Positions 36,452 to 45,646 of a stretch of DNA of 64,000 nt are shown here, piece after piece. The position numbers and the translations under genes were made by a program. The notes beneath the pieces were generated by a model. The model had not been told where the DNA came from and did no database searches. It worked only from the letters and a program-made list of their open reading frames with translations. Position 1 is the stretch's first letter. Each line of letters opens with the position of its first letter. The DNA is from Candidatus Kaiserbacteria bacterium (GTDB lineage: Bacteria; Patescibacteriota; Minisyncoccia; Phycocordibacterales; Phycocordibacteraceae), in the NCBI GenBank assembly GCA_026396675.1, contig JAPLWI010000014.1:376-64375 (forward strand). The letters are read 5' to 3'.

Positions 36452-36719
36452 ATCTGCCGCCTCTAAGGGCTATTTCTCTTAACCAGTAGTGTTGTGACAT
36501 ACAACACAGAAGACCCGCGACTGCACAACTCAGTTTCTGCCGACAAGATAGTATGATCCGAAGGAAGTCTTTTTGTTGCCTCGTCTACTTTCTCTTGTTG
36601 TTTTTCGATGTCGCCAATGCCACCAACCAAAACAACATATCTCTTTTTCATTTTCCGCCTCTCTTTTATCCGTATTTAACTACGTACTATCTGCCGATAA
36701 TTTACCTGACGCCGTGCAT

Positions 36720-36758
36720 TTGTCAACCGATTGACGATGTGTATACGCGCGTATATAC
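36720..36758 (+). promoter_or_regulatory. mazEF promoter with an overlapping palindromic operator
   Basis: -35 TTGTCA, 16 nt, -10 TATACG. A 14-bp perfect palindrome TATACGCGCGTATA overlaps the -10 (candidate autoregulatory site). Confidence 0.4.
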
Positions 36759-36766
36759 TTTTACCT

Positions 36767-37018
36767 ATGAATACAACAACAATCCAGAAGTGGGGAAACA
36801 GTTATGCCGTGCGCCTTCCAAAAGCGACGATGCGCAAATTCAATCTGCAAGCCGGTCATTCTGTAGAGATTCGTGAAGCGCCGCAGAACCGTGCATTTTC
36901 TATTATTCCTGTTCATAACCGCGCAATATCTCTTACAGAAATGATCGCTCGCATTACGAAGAGAAATTCGCATCATTCCGCTGATTGGGGCGTCGCAATA
37001 GGGAAGGAAGTATGGTAG
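36767..37018 (+). CDS. mazE: Antitoxin MazE (SpoVT/AbrB-type)
   Basis: IQKWGNSYAVRLPK swapped-hairpin motif. Overlaps the mazF start. Confidence 0.7.
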   Translation: MNTTTIQKWGNSYAVRLPKATMRKFNLQAGHSVEIREAPQNRAFSIIPVHNRAISLTEMIARITKRNSHHSADWGVAIGKEVW

Positions 37019-37356
37019 CCAAGCGCGTATATGTTCCCAATCGGGGAGATGTTGTGTGGCTCGACTTTAATTCAGTTCGCGGACACGAACAGAGCGGCAG
37101 ACGCCCAGCACTAATCATCTCTTCAGAAAAATACAATGCGAAATCAGGACTCGCGCTCGTTTGTCCGATTACTTCTCACATAAAGGGATATCCATTTGAA
37201 GTCGGTTTTAAAATAAAATCTGTACAAGGCGTCATACTCGTCGACCAGATTCGCGGTATTGATTGGAAAGAACGCAATGCAGAGAAAATAGGCGGTGTTT
37301 CAGAATCGGTAATCGCAGAGGCGCAGGACTATGTGAAGAAATTGGTATTAGAATAA
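37012..37356 (+). CDS. mazF: Toxin MazF/PemK (mRNA interferase)
   Basis: RGDVVWLDF...GHEQSGRRPALIIS...LALVCPITS is the canonical PemK/MazF fold signature. Confidence 0.8.
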   Translation: MVAKRVYVPNRGDVVWLDFNSVRGHEQSGRRPALIISSEKYNAKSGLALVCPITSHIKGYPFEVGFKIKSVQGVILVDQIRGIDWKERNAEKIGGVSESVIAEAQDYVKKLVLE

Positions 37357-37369
37357 GTGCAAATAAAAA

Positions 37370-37393
37370 GGCAGAACCGAAGTTCCGCCTTTT
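37370..37393. terminator. Bidirectional terminator after mazF, a near-duplicate of the greA terminator
   Basis: GGCAGAAC-CGAA-GTTCCGCC followed by TTTT. Preceded by AAAAA on the other strand. Confidence 0.55.
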
Positions 37394-37402
37394 GAACATA
37401 CC

Positions 37403-37906
37403 TTAATCTTCATCCAGCATCTTGGCCTCGTTCCAGATATTTTTCGCAAAGACGACGGCCTTTGCGATGCCGAACGACATTGCACACGCCACGAGAACAA
37501 AGAACACATACTCAATGAGAACCACATAATTCTCACCGTATGCGAACATTCCCGTGAACGCTCCTACGAATACGCATGCAATTCCACCGGCGAACGACCC
37601 TGTTAATGTGTATGCAGGCATACCTACTAAACCACCTGCGAATGCGCCAGCAAATGCTCCTGCAAACATACCTGCTAATCCACCGGCAGACATGACTACT
37701 AAAATGTCCATACTCACTTTCGAAACCAAAGTGCCTATAGTCACGCCTGCGAACATCGCGAGGTAAAATACCATAACCTTTTTGGTTCCCGCTCCCGACA
37801 ATGAGTTCATTATGCTTACTATCAGAATCAGCAAAGTCGGTACCCAGAGTCCAAAAATCGCGAGCCAGTAACTATCTTGAAAGAACAATGTAAACAATGT
37901 TTTCAT
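37403..37906 (-). CDS. Membrane protein with glycine-zipper repeats
   Basis: Four hydrophobic helices. GAFAGAFAGG and GxxxG repeats. Confidence 0.45.
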   Translation of the reverse strand: MKTLFTLFFQDSYWLAIFGLWVPTLLILIVSIMNSLSGAGTKKVMVFYLAMFAGVTIGTLVSKVSMDILVVMSAGGLAGMFAGAFAGAFAGGLVGMPAYTLTGSFAGGIACVFVGAFTGMFAYGENYVVLIEYVFFVLVACAMSFGIAKAVVFAKNIWNEAKMLDED

Positions 37907-38009
37907 ATCCCCGCTCCTTTTTCGTTATTTTACTTCTAACTTTCTGTCGCCAATGTACAGGACAGAATATATTTGTCAAGCTAAATAATTTGCATGATAC
38001 AATAATCCT

Positions 38010-39575
38010 ATGCTTTGGGCCGATCGCATAGCGAGCGAGATACGAAACACATGCAAACCGCGCAACGGTAAAACGTTTCTTGTTCGCGACGAAAAGACGC
38101 TCTCCGGTAGAGTGCATGTGGGGTCAATGCGTAGTGTTGCCGTTCACGGCCTTGTCTCGGAAGTTCTCGTCGAATATGGAATTGCGAATAAGTTCCAATT
38201 TGAACTTAACGACTTTGATGATTTCGATTCGATACCGAGCTATCTTGACATCGAAAAATATACAGAACATTTAGGAAAACCGCTCTACGCAGTACCAAGC
38301 CCAGAAGCGGGTTTTGCAAATTACGCAGAATATTTTGGCGCTGAATTTATTGAAGTGCACAAGAAAGCCGGCTTCACACCGAACTACTATCGCGCGACTG
38401 AACTCTATCGGTCAGGAAAGATGGATTCGTTCATTAAGATTGCGCTGGAACGGGCGAGCGACATTCGCCGTATTTTGAAAGATGTCTCAGGATCAGAAAA
38501 AGACGAGAAATGGCTCCCGATTTCTGTTGTATGCGAGAATTGTTCAAAACTTAAAACAACACGAGCATATGACTTCGACGGGGAAACGATCGGCTATACC
38601 TGTGATCAAACTCCGTATGGATCTATCGCGTGCGGTCACACAGGCCGCGTTGCGCCATGGGGAGGAGCAGGGAAACTATTTTGGAAAGTTGATTGGGCGG
38701 CTAAGTGGGTCGCGCAGGGCGTCGACATCGAAGGTGGTGGTAAAGATCATTCGACCAAAGGCGGTTCGCGCGATGTTGCGAATCACATCTGTCGTGAAAT
38801 TTTCAATACCGAACCGCCATTTGACATCCCGTATGAATTCTTTTTGGTCGGCGGGAAGAAAATGTCTTCATCAAAAGGCCATGGAAGTTCGGCGAAGGAT
38901 ATGTGTGATCTCTTTCCGCCACAGATTTTTCGCCTTGCACTTATCGGGAAGGATATTCGCGAACAGATTGATATAGATCCATCTGGCGAATCTGTGCCGC
39001 GCCTTTTTGATTGGTATGACGAACTTGGAACTGGCGTGCGCGAAGGGAAGGCAGACGATTACTCGCGTCTATTTGCACTCTGTGAACTTCCAGAAAATCG
39101 CGCTGCGTTCATAGCTCCATGGCAGATGCGATTTCGCGAGGTGGCGTTCATTGTGCAGATGCCGCATCTATCACTTATTGATGAGGCGACACGGGCGAAG
39201 GGAACTGAATTGACTGAAGACGAGGAAGCGGCACTCCAGGAGCGCGCGAAGTATGCGAAATTCTGGCTCACAACATACGCGCCGGAAGAATTTAAATACG
39301 AATTGCAAAAAGAAATGCCGGAGGTTGAACTTTCAGGCGTACAAAAGAAAGCGCTCGCTTCGCTCGCTGATTTTGTGCAAGGAGAGGAACGCTCTGGCGA
39401 AGAAATTCATGCGCGCCTTCACGAAATGAAAACCGAAATTCCTATACAGCCGAAAGAATTATTCCAAGCGCTGTACCGAATCTTCCTCAATCGCGATTCA
39501 GGTCCGAAAGCTGGTTGGTTCCTCGCCGGCCTCCCACGCGATTTTGTCCTCGGGCGTTTAAAAACGATAAATTAA
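38010..39575 (+). CDS. lysK: Lysyl-tRNA synthetase, class I (LysK type)
   Basis: HIGH-like HVGSMR and KMSSSKG (class-I KMSKS) motifs. Zn-binding Cys cluster. Length and architecture fit archaeal-type LysRS-I. Confidence 0.75.
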   Translation: MLWADRIASEIRNTCKPRNGKTFLVRDEKTLSGRVHVGSMRSVAVHGLVSEVLVEYGIANKFQFELNDFDDFDSIPSYLDIEKYTEHLGKPLYAVPSPEAGFANYAEYFGAEFIEVHKKAGFTPNYYRATELYRSGKMDSFIKIALERASDIRRILKDVSGSEKDEKWLPISVVCENCSKLKTTRAYDFDGETIGYTCDQTPYGSIACGHTGRVAPWGGAGKLFWKVDWAAKWVAQGVDIEGGGKDHSTKGGSRDVANHICREIFNTEPPFDIPYEFFLVGGKKMSSSKGHGSSAKDMCDLFPPQIFRLALIGKDIREQIDIDPSGESVPRLFDWYDELGTGVREGKADDYSRLFALCELPENRAAFIAPWQMRFREVAFIVQMPHLSLIDEATRAKGTELTEDEEAALQERAKYAKFWLTTYAPEEFKYELQKEMPEVELSGVQKKALASLADFVQGEERSGEEIHARLHEMKTEIPIQPKELFQALYRIFLNRDSGPKAGWFLAGLPRDFVLGRLKTIN

Positions 39576-39644
39576 GGGCGTTTTGAGATATGCACAGTAT
39601 CATTGCAAACCTACTTGACGCGTGTATAATGAAAGAGTTCGTTC

Positions 39645-39682
39645 GGAAACCGCCACGCTTGAGGGCGGTTTCCCTCGTTTTA
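39645..39682. terminator. Bidirectional terminator between lysK and the NYN gene
   Basis: GGAAACCGCC-loop-GGCGGTTTCC, a perfect 10-bp stem, followed by CTCGTTTTATACAG. Confidence 0.55.
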
Positions 39683-40351
39683 TACAGTATTTTGTAGCTT
39701 TTCTATGCTTTTGCGCCAATCGTTTATATCTATAAAAGAAGCACGATTCTTCCCAGAAGCAATCTCATCTGTAATCAAGTCTTGCAATCGTGTTGAAAAC
39801 TTTTTCTCCCCGTTCTTGTCGCGTCTAGTGTTAGATACAATGCAGACATGTACACTATGTTCCATAGCGTGTCTTATCAGTGCTTCAAAGTCGCCATCGC
39901 CAGAAAAAATAAGAAACTCGGTCGCACCGTCTATACACTGCATTGCGTCTACTGTCAGGTCAACATCGCAATTTGATTTTATTGCACCAGGAGAAGTTAC
40001 TATAAGCTTCCCATCGATTCCGCATGCAGAGCAAGTATAAGAATGTTCGCGCACCTTATCTTTTTGAGGAAAAGAAGTTCTGATACGTGCTTCGTATCCT
40101 TGTTTTGTATGTTTTGCTGTTAGTCCGACAACGTCCCATTCTCGAACCCCAGTATATATAAATACTTTTTCGCACATCCAAGATCGTCCCTCGGCTCTCT
40201 TTGCGCGAAGATGTTGAGAAAGTTTTTCCCAATCAATAGCAAAACCAAGAAGATCTTTGGTAGTCCTATCAAGATTGTTTCTGTCAACAAAAGCGAAAAT
40301 TTTACTTGGTTTTGGTTCAATCTCATTTTCCATTTCCATTAAATTTAGCAT
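39680..40351 (-). CDS. NYN-domain (LabA-like PIN-fold RNase) protein with zinc ribbon
   Basis: IFAFVDRNNL, DVDLTVDAMQ, FLIFSGDGDF and VCIVSN acidic-residue pattern of NYN/DUF88. CSACG ribbon. Confidence 0.6.
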   Translation of the reverse strand: MLNLMEMENEIEPKPSKIFAFVDRNNLDRTTKDLLGFAIDWEKLSQHLRAKRAEGRSWMCEKVFIYTGVREWDVVGLTAKHTKQGYEARIRTSFPQKDKVREHSYTCSACGIDGKLIVTSPGAIKSNCDVDLTVDAMQCIDGATEFLIFSGDGDFEALIRHAMEHSVHVCIVSNTRRDKNGEKKFSTRLQDLITDEIASGKNRASFIDINDWRKSIEKLQNTV

Positions 40352-40394
40352 AATTACACCACATTTTCAAGTTTGTTTTCCACACCTATTGTCA

Positions 40395-40475
40395 CCACGG
40401 TCCATGTGGATAACTTCCCACGGGAAGATGGGGTAGTGGTATATAATGGTCAACAGTGGGAAGAAGTAGAAAGCA
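40395..40475 (+). promoter_or_regulatory. Putative dcw promoter and MraZ operator region
   Basis: TATATAAT -10-like box at about 40437. Repeated GTGG(G/T) motifs (GTGGATA, GTGGTAT, GTGGGAAG, GTGGTGG) resemble MraZ-binding repeats. Confidence 0.35.
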
Positions 40476-40517
40476 GGAGTGGTGGCTTGCTTTCTTCTTT
40501 CGCTCACTCCTATTCAC

Positions 40518-40946
40518 ATGTTCCTTGGAGAATACCTACATACTTTTGATTCGAAGAATAGGATTTCACTTCCGTCAAAATTTCGGAAGGGTCTAGGCCG
40601 TGTCGTCGTGGTGACGCGCGGCCTTGATCATTGTTTATATATCTATGCGCGCAAAGAATGGGAAAAAGAGGCGGAATCGTATGTCGTCGGGGCGAGCGGT
40701 AACGCAGCACAACGCGGCCTCGCACGCCTTTTCCTCGCCGGCTCATCAGAGGTCGAGGTAGACCGGACCGGTCGCGTGCTTATCCCCGAAAATCTGAAAT
40801 CATTTGCATCGATTAAAGAGAAGGCAGTTATCACCGGTGTTGCTGATCGAGTCGAAATCTGGGAAGAAAATGCGTGGAAGAAATATACGGCTGAAATCGA
40901 AAAGGAAGCAGAAACATTCGCTGAGAAGGTCGGCGACGCTCGTTAA
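40518..40946 (+). CDS. mraZ: Transcriptional regulator MraZ
   Basis: Duplicated MraZ motif (DSKNRISLP...; DRTGRVLIP). First gene of the dcw cluster. Confidence 0.85.
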   Translation: MFLGEYLHTFDSKNRISLPSKFRKGLGRVVVVTRGLDHCLYIYARKEWEKEAESYVVGASGNAAQRGLARLFLAGSSEVEVDRTGRVLIPENLKSFASIKEKAVITGVADRVEIWEENAWKKYTAEIEKEAETFAEKVGDAR

Positions 40947-40948
40947 TT

Positions 40949-41845
40949 ATGGAAGCCCGTCACGACAGCATCTTAATGAATGAAGTGCTTGAGGCACTCA
41001 ATATACATCCGAGCGATACCGTTGTAGATGCCACGATCGGCGGTGCGGGGCATTTTGCAGCACTGCTCGCCGCACTCGGAGAGGGCGGCATTATTATCGG
41101 TATTGATGCAGATCCTGCTGCAGTTGAACGCGGACGCGAAGTGTATGCTCTTGATCGTCGACCTGATCGCCCAATCGCGTATCTTGTAAACGATAATTTT
41201 CGCAATCTCACGCGTATTCTTGAACGGCTCGGCATCGGACAAGTTGATAAAATTCTTTTTGATTTCGGTTGGAGCGGGTATCAGATTGCATCACCGCGAG
41301 GTTTTTCCTTTCAAAATGATGAACCGCTTCTTATGAATTATTCAGAGACAGGAGAAACTGCGTCCGATATTGTTAACACTTCTTCGGAAGAGGATTTAGT
41401 TGCTCTCATCTTCACATTCGGGGAAGAGCGTTTCGCGCGTGGCATCGCGCGCGCGATTATCGCTGCTCGTTCCAAAGAGAGAATCCTCACTACAGGAGCG
41501 CTCGTTGCCGCGATTAAAGCAGGAACGCCGCGCTGGTATCAGAATAGAAAAATTCATCCAGCGACCAAGACCTTCCAAGCGCTTCGCATAGCTGTTAATG
41601 ATGAAATAGGCGCTCTGCGCGAAGGGCTCGCCGCTGCGCTGCAATCGCTCGCACCTGGAGGCCGTATCGCGATTATTTCTTTCCACAGTATTGAAGATCG
41701 CGTTGTAAAAAATCTCTTACGCGATGCGATGCAATCGGGGTTTGGATCGCTCGTTCCGAAAAAGCCAATAGTGCCGATGCGCGCAGAGATTATTAAAAAT
41801 CGCCGAGCGCGGAGTGCAAAGCTCCGCATTTTTTATGCCCAGTAG
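40949..41845 (+). CDS. rsmH: 16S rRNA (cytosine1402-N4)-methyltransferase RsmH
   Basis: SAM motif DATIGGAGH and FQALRIAVNDE signature. Confidence 0.9.
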   Translation: MEARHDSILMNEVLEALNIHPSDTVVDATIGGAGHFAALLAALGEGGIIIGIDADPAAVERGREVYALDRRPDRPIAYLVNDNFRNLTRILERLGIGQVDKILFDFGWSGYQIASPRGFSFQNDEPLLMNYSETGETASDIVNTSSEEDLVALIFTFGEERFARGIARAIIAARSKERILTTGALVAAIKAGTPRWYQNRKIHPATKTFQALRIAVNDEIGALREGLAAALQSLAPGGRIAIISFHSIEDRVVKNLLRDAMQSGFGSLVPKKPIVPMRAEIIKNRRARSAKLRIFYAQ

Positions 41846-41852
41846 CACAACT

Positions 41853-42212
41853 ATGGACAAGAACTTTCATCACACATCGTACGCAACAACACCTAGAAAA
41901 CGGGTTGTGCTACTGGGTATGCATAATTTCTTTTCTCTTTTCTCTTTCTCACTGCCGAAAATTTGTTTCGGCACGATTACTGGTCTCGTTGTCATCTACA
42001 TCGGCCTTATTGCTGTAGTGATGAGTTACGCAACGCTCACAATTGAATTTTCTCAATCAGTTAGAAATGATGAAGCGAAAGTCGCAACGCTTGAATCGCG
42101 CTATCTCAAAATAGTGGAGCACACCACAGCAATTGATTACGCTGCGGCCGGATATGCGCTTCCTATCGCGAAAATATTCGTGCCAGCAAAAAGCGTAACG
42201 GCACTCCGTTAA
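41853..42212 (+). CDS. ftsL: FtsL-like cell division protein (single TM plus coiled coil)
   Basis: Position between rsmH and ftsI. One TM helix followed by a short coiled coil. The start is uncertain. Confidence 0.4.
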   Translation: MDKNFHHTSYATTPRKRVVLLGMHNFFSLFSFSLPKICFGTITGLVVIYIGLIAVVMSYATLTIEFSQSVRNDEAKVATLESRYLKIVEHTTAIDYAAAGYALPIAKIFVPAKSVTALR

Positions 42213-42217
42213 TTTGC

Positions 42218-43942
42218 ATGCGCGCACAGTTTCGTAATCGGATTCGCCTCGTTCTCGCTTGTGTTGTTTTCGTCGCTCTGCTAATTGTTGTTCGTCTTTA
42301 TTTTGTTCAAATCGTGCATGAACAGGATTATTCGCAAAAAGCAGATCGACAATTCGCTTCAGGCGGAAGCGGCCTCTTTGACCGCGGTTCCATTTATTTT
42401 ACTCGTAAGGACGGCGCACTTATTTCAGCGGCAACACTCCAAACTGGTTTCCTTGTCGCGCTGAATCCACAAACGCTTACAAACCCTGAGGCCGCTTACT
42501 TGGCGATAAGTTCCGTTGCTTCTTCATCGATTGACCATAATACATTTCTTGCCGCTGCTGCAAAGAAAAGTCAAATTTATATTGAAGTCGCGCATCGTCT
42601 TTCTGGAACCGATGGGCAAACACTTTCTGCGATGAATATCCCTGGTGTGCAGGTACTGCGCGAGCGATGGCGGTATTATCCTGGAGCAACGCTTGCTTCA
42701 CAATCAATCGGCATTGTGTCATACGGTTCGGGGGACACTCTCGCTGGCCGAACCGGTCTTGAGGCGATGTACGACACAACACTCACGCGTTCGGGTGATG
42801 CTTTATACAAGAATTTTTTCGCAGAGATTTTTTCAAATGTAGGGAATCTTCTTGTTTCTGTTAATGACGCGCGTGAGGGCGATGTGGTAACTACCATAGA
42901 GCCGGAAGTGCAAACGCGACTTGAAAACGATCTTGCGAAAGTGAACCAACGGTATTCAAGTAAAGAATCAGGAGGCATTATTATGGATCCAGCTACAGGA
43001 GCGATTCTCGCACTCGCGAGCTATCCGGCTTACGATGGTAATAATTTACAGAGTGTCGACCCGACAGTGTTAGGAAATCCGCTCGTAGAACATGTGCATG
43101 AATTCGGTTCCATCATGAAGCCGATTACGATGACTTCTGCTCTTGACGCTGGTGTCATCACACCAGAAACGACATATACAGATACCGGCTGCATTACCGT
43201 GAACAAAGCAACCATTTGTAATTGGGATATGAAAGCCCGCGGCGTTATTCCAATGCGTCAGATCATCATGCAATCGCTCAATGTTGGGGCATCATGGGTG
43301 GCGACACAATTGGGACAGGAAAAGTTCCATGATTACTTCACAAAACTCTTCGGGCAAAGGACGGGCATTGATATACCAAATGAGGGAGTCGCTCTCCTCG
43401 ATAATATTAATAAGTCGCAACAGATTAATTATGATACTGCGGCTTTCGGACAGGGCATCGCGGTAACTCCAATTCAGATGATTCGCGCACTTGGCGCAAT
43501 CGCTAATGGCGGGGTGATGGTACAACCACATCTTGTGAGTGCAATTCATCTCGATTCTGGTATTACCAGATCTCTTGATTGGAATCAGAACATTCAAGTA
43601 TTTTCCGTAACGGCTGCTCGCGAGACGACGGATATGATGACGGCGCTTGTTGATGAAAAACTCGAAAATGGTAAAGCGAAGATTCCTACCACATCGGTAG
43701 CGGCAAAAACAGGTACCGCACAACTCGTAGATGGGCATGGCGGTTACGACAAAAATCGTTTTTTCCACTCATTTACCGGTTTTTTCCCTTCTTACAACCC
43801 GCGGTTTATCATTCTCCTCTACACGAATGATCCGCAGGGTGTTCAATATGCATCAGAGACGCTCGATGCAACCTTCCTTGACCTCGTGCACTTTCTCATT
43901 GACTATTACGCAGTACCGCCTGATAGAGGCATTACACAATGA
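42218..43942 (+). CDS. ftsI: Peptidoglycan D,D-transpeptidase FtsI (PBP3)
   Basis: N-terminal TM helix. SxxK (GSIMKP) and KTGTA motifs. Confidence 0.85.
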   Translation: MRAQFRNRIRLVLACVVFVALLIVVRLYFVQIVHEQDYSQKADRQFASGGSGLFDRGSIYFTRKDGALISAATLQTGFLVALNPQTLTNPEAAYLAISSVASSSIDHNTFLAAAAKKSQIYIEVAHRLSGTDGQTLSAMNIPGVQVLRERWRYYPGATLASQSIGIVSYGSGDTLAGRTGLEAMYDTTLTRSGDALYKNFFAEIFSNVGNLLVSVNDAREGDVVTTIEPEVQTRLENDLAKVNQRYSSKESGGIIMDPATGAILALASYPAYDGNNLQSVDPTVLGNPLVEHVHEFGSIMKPITMTSALDAGVITPETTYTDTGCITVNKATICNWDMKARGVIPMRQIIMQSLNVGASWVATQLGQEKFHDYFTKLFGQRTGIDIPNEGVALLDNINKSQQINYDTAAFGQGIAVTPIQMIRALGAIANGGVMVQPHLVSAIHLDSGITRSLDWNQNIQVFSVTAARETTDMMTALVDEKLENGKAKIPTTSVAAKTGTAQLVDGHGGYDKNRFFHSFTGFFPSYNPRFIILLYTNDPQGVQYASETLDATFLDLVHFLIDYYAVPPDRGITQ

Positions 43943-45231
43943 AAAACATCTTCAAATCGCTGGTCGCCTTTAAACTCTCTCTTATTGCACGGGTCGTGAT
44001 ACGCCGGTATAGGCCACAGATTGTACTGGTAACCGGTTCGGTTGGTAAAACATCTACTAAAGATGCCGTGGCGGCTGTGCTCAGGACGCGTTTTTTCGTT
44101 CGTAAAAGTGAAAAAAGTTTCAATAGCGAATTTGGTGTCCCTTTCACAATTCTTGGGGTAGAGAATCCGTGGTGTAATCCGTTCGCATGGTTTGGAGTCG
44201 CCAAAAGTACGCTCGCACTTTTATTCCTGCCGAACCATTATCCAAATATGTTGGTACTCGAAGTTGGCGCTGATCGACCGGGAGACCTTTCTCGCATACT
44301 GCGTTTTGCGGCACCGAATGCTGTTGTAGTAACGCGGCTACCTGAAATACCAGTACATGTCGAAGCATATGCTTCGCCAGAGGCAGTGCGGGAAGAAGAA
44401 TTTTCTCCAGCGTACGCGCTTTCTGCTGGCGCTCCACTTATTATTTCCGCTGATGACTTATACGCGCTTGATAATGCGATGCGCACTCCGGCACGTGTTA
44501 TTTCTTATGGAAAAGCCGGTAGCGCAACGATACGCATACATGATATTGGATTTTATGAGGAAAAAGGAAACATTGCCGGTATGAGTGCTAAAGTGACGAC
44601 GGCAGATGGAACAGGAAAAATCATCGTAAAACACTCAATCGGCGTCACCCAACTTCTCCCCGTCGCGGCCGCTCTCGCGGTCGCGCAGGCGTTTGACATA
44701 TCGCTTTCTGAAGCGCTTTCTGCGCTTAATGACTATGAACCGCCCCCCGGTCGTGGCCGACTTCTTAACGGAATACACGGTTCAACTATCATTGACGATT
44801 CATATAATTCTTCGCCTGCGGCAGTTGAAGAAGCACTTGCCACGCTAAAAACATTTCCACGAATAGGACACCATGCTTGCGCCAGTAGGCGCATTGCAGT
44901 TCTGGGCGATATGCTAGAACTCGGTCGTTATTCGGTAGCAGAACACGAGCGCATTGCGAAACTTGCTGGCGAATCGGCCGATGTCATTGTTACAGTAGGT
45001 ATCCGCGCCCGCGCATTCGCTACAACTTCTTCTTGCGCTGAGATTTTGTCATTTAACAACTCATACGAGGCCGCGTCTGTGCTCGCCGCGTTCATTCGCG
45101 AGGGTGATATCGTTCTTGTTAAGGGCTCGCAATCAATTCGCACAGAGCGCATCGTAGAGGCGCTCCTCGCCGATTCTGCCGATGCATCAAAACTTGTCCG
45201 TCAAGAAAAAAAGTGGAAAGAAAAAATATAA
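43939..45231 (+). CDS. murF: UDP-N-acetylmuramoyl-tripeptide--D-alanyl-D-alanine ligase
   Basis: Mur ligase P-loop TGSVGKTSTKD and the MurF-type DDSYNSSPAA motif. Confidence 0.8.
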   Translation: MKNIFKSLVAFKLSLIARVVIRRYRPQIVLVTGSVGKTSTKDAVAAVLRTRFFVRKSEKSFNSEFGVPFTILGVENPWCNPFAWFGVAKSTLALLFLPNHYPNMLVLEVGADRPGDLSRILRFAAPNAVVVTRLPEIPVHVEAYASPEAVREEEFSPAYALSAGAPLIISADDLYALDNAMRTPARVISYGKAGSATIRIHDIGFYEEKGNIAGMSAKVTTADGTGKIIVKHSIGVTQLLPVAAALAVAQAFDISLSEALSALNDYEPPPGRGRLLNGIHGSTIIDDSYNSSPAAVEEALATLKTFPRIGHHACASRRIAVLGDMLELGRYSVAEHERIAKLAGESADVIVTVGIRARAFATTSSCAEILSFNNSYEAASVLAAFIREGDIVLVKGSQSIRTERIVEALLADSADASKLVRQEKKWKEKI

Positions 45232-45283
45232 AAACAACGAATCTGATAAAAAGTATAGTTATTGTCCATCACCATCTATTTTG

Positions 45284-45355
45284 TGACCCTACAGAGAATC
45301 GGACTCTGATTCCATCCTTGAGAAGGATGTGTCCTAACCGTTAGACGATAGGGCC
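45284..45355 (-). tRNA. trnE: tRNA-Glu (anticodon CTC)
   Basis: Acceptor GGCCCTA/TAGGGTC, Glu-type D-arm GTCTAACGGTTAGGAC, anticodon stem CATCC/GGATG with loop TTCTCAA, T-stem CAGAG/CTCTG (T-loop TCCGATT). Confidence 0.55.
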
Positions 45356-45367
45356 TCGCTGAACAAT

Positions 45368-45637
45368 TTATAACAGAGAATTTGGGTCTTCGCCATCCGG
45401 AGTAACGATATCTCGATTCGCCTGGTGATCCATTTCTGCACATTCTTTGTCAATTTCTTTTTCTCGTAGTATTTTTTTCTTTTCTTCCTCTCCTTTTTCT
45501 TTTTCATTGTGTTCTAGAGCCAATCGCCGTTGTTCGGCCGCCTTTTGCGCTCCTTTCTGACCCATTTTGCTTAGGGTCTTATAATCGTGCCCAAGTATTT
45601 TTTCCTGAACTTTTTTCGGTATTCTATAAAATTCCAT
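45368..45637 (-). CDS. Hypothetical charged small protein
   Basis: 89 aa, Lys/Glu-rich, no recognised domain. Confidence 0.3.
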   Translation of the reverse strand: MEFYRIPKKVQEKILGHDYKTLSKMGQKGAQKAAEQRRLALEHNEKEKGEEEKKKILREKEIDKECAEMDHQANRDIVTPDGEDPNSLL

Positions 45638-45646
45638 AGATAATTA

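Noticed and set aside
39611-39640. Apparent promoter TTGCAA-16 nt-TATAAT immediately followed by a terminator (tiny hairpin transcript)
   Set aside because: It sits between convergent genes, and the hairpin is adequately explained as a bidirectional terminator. The promoter-like hexamers are probably fortuitous in AT-rich spacer.
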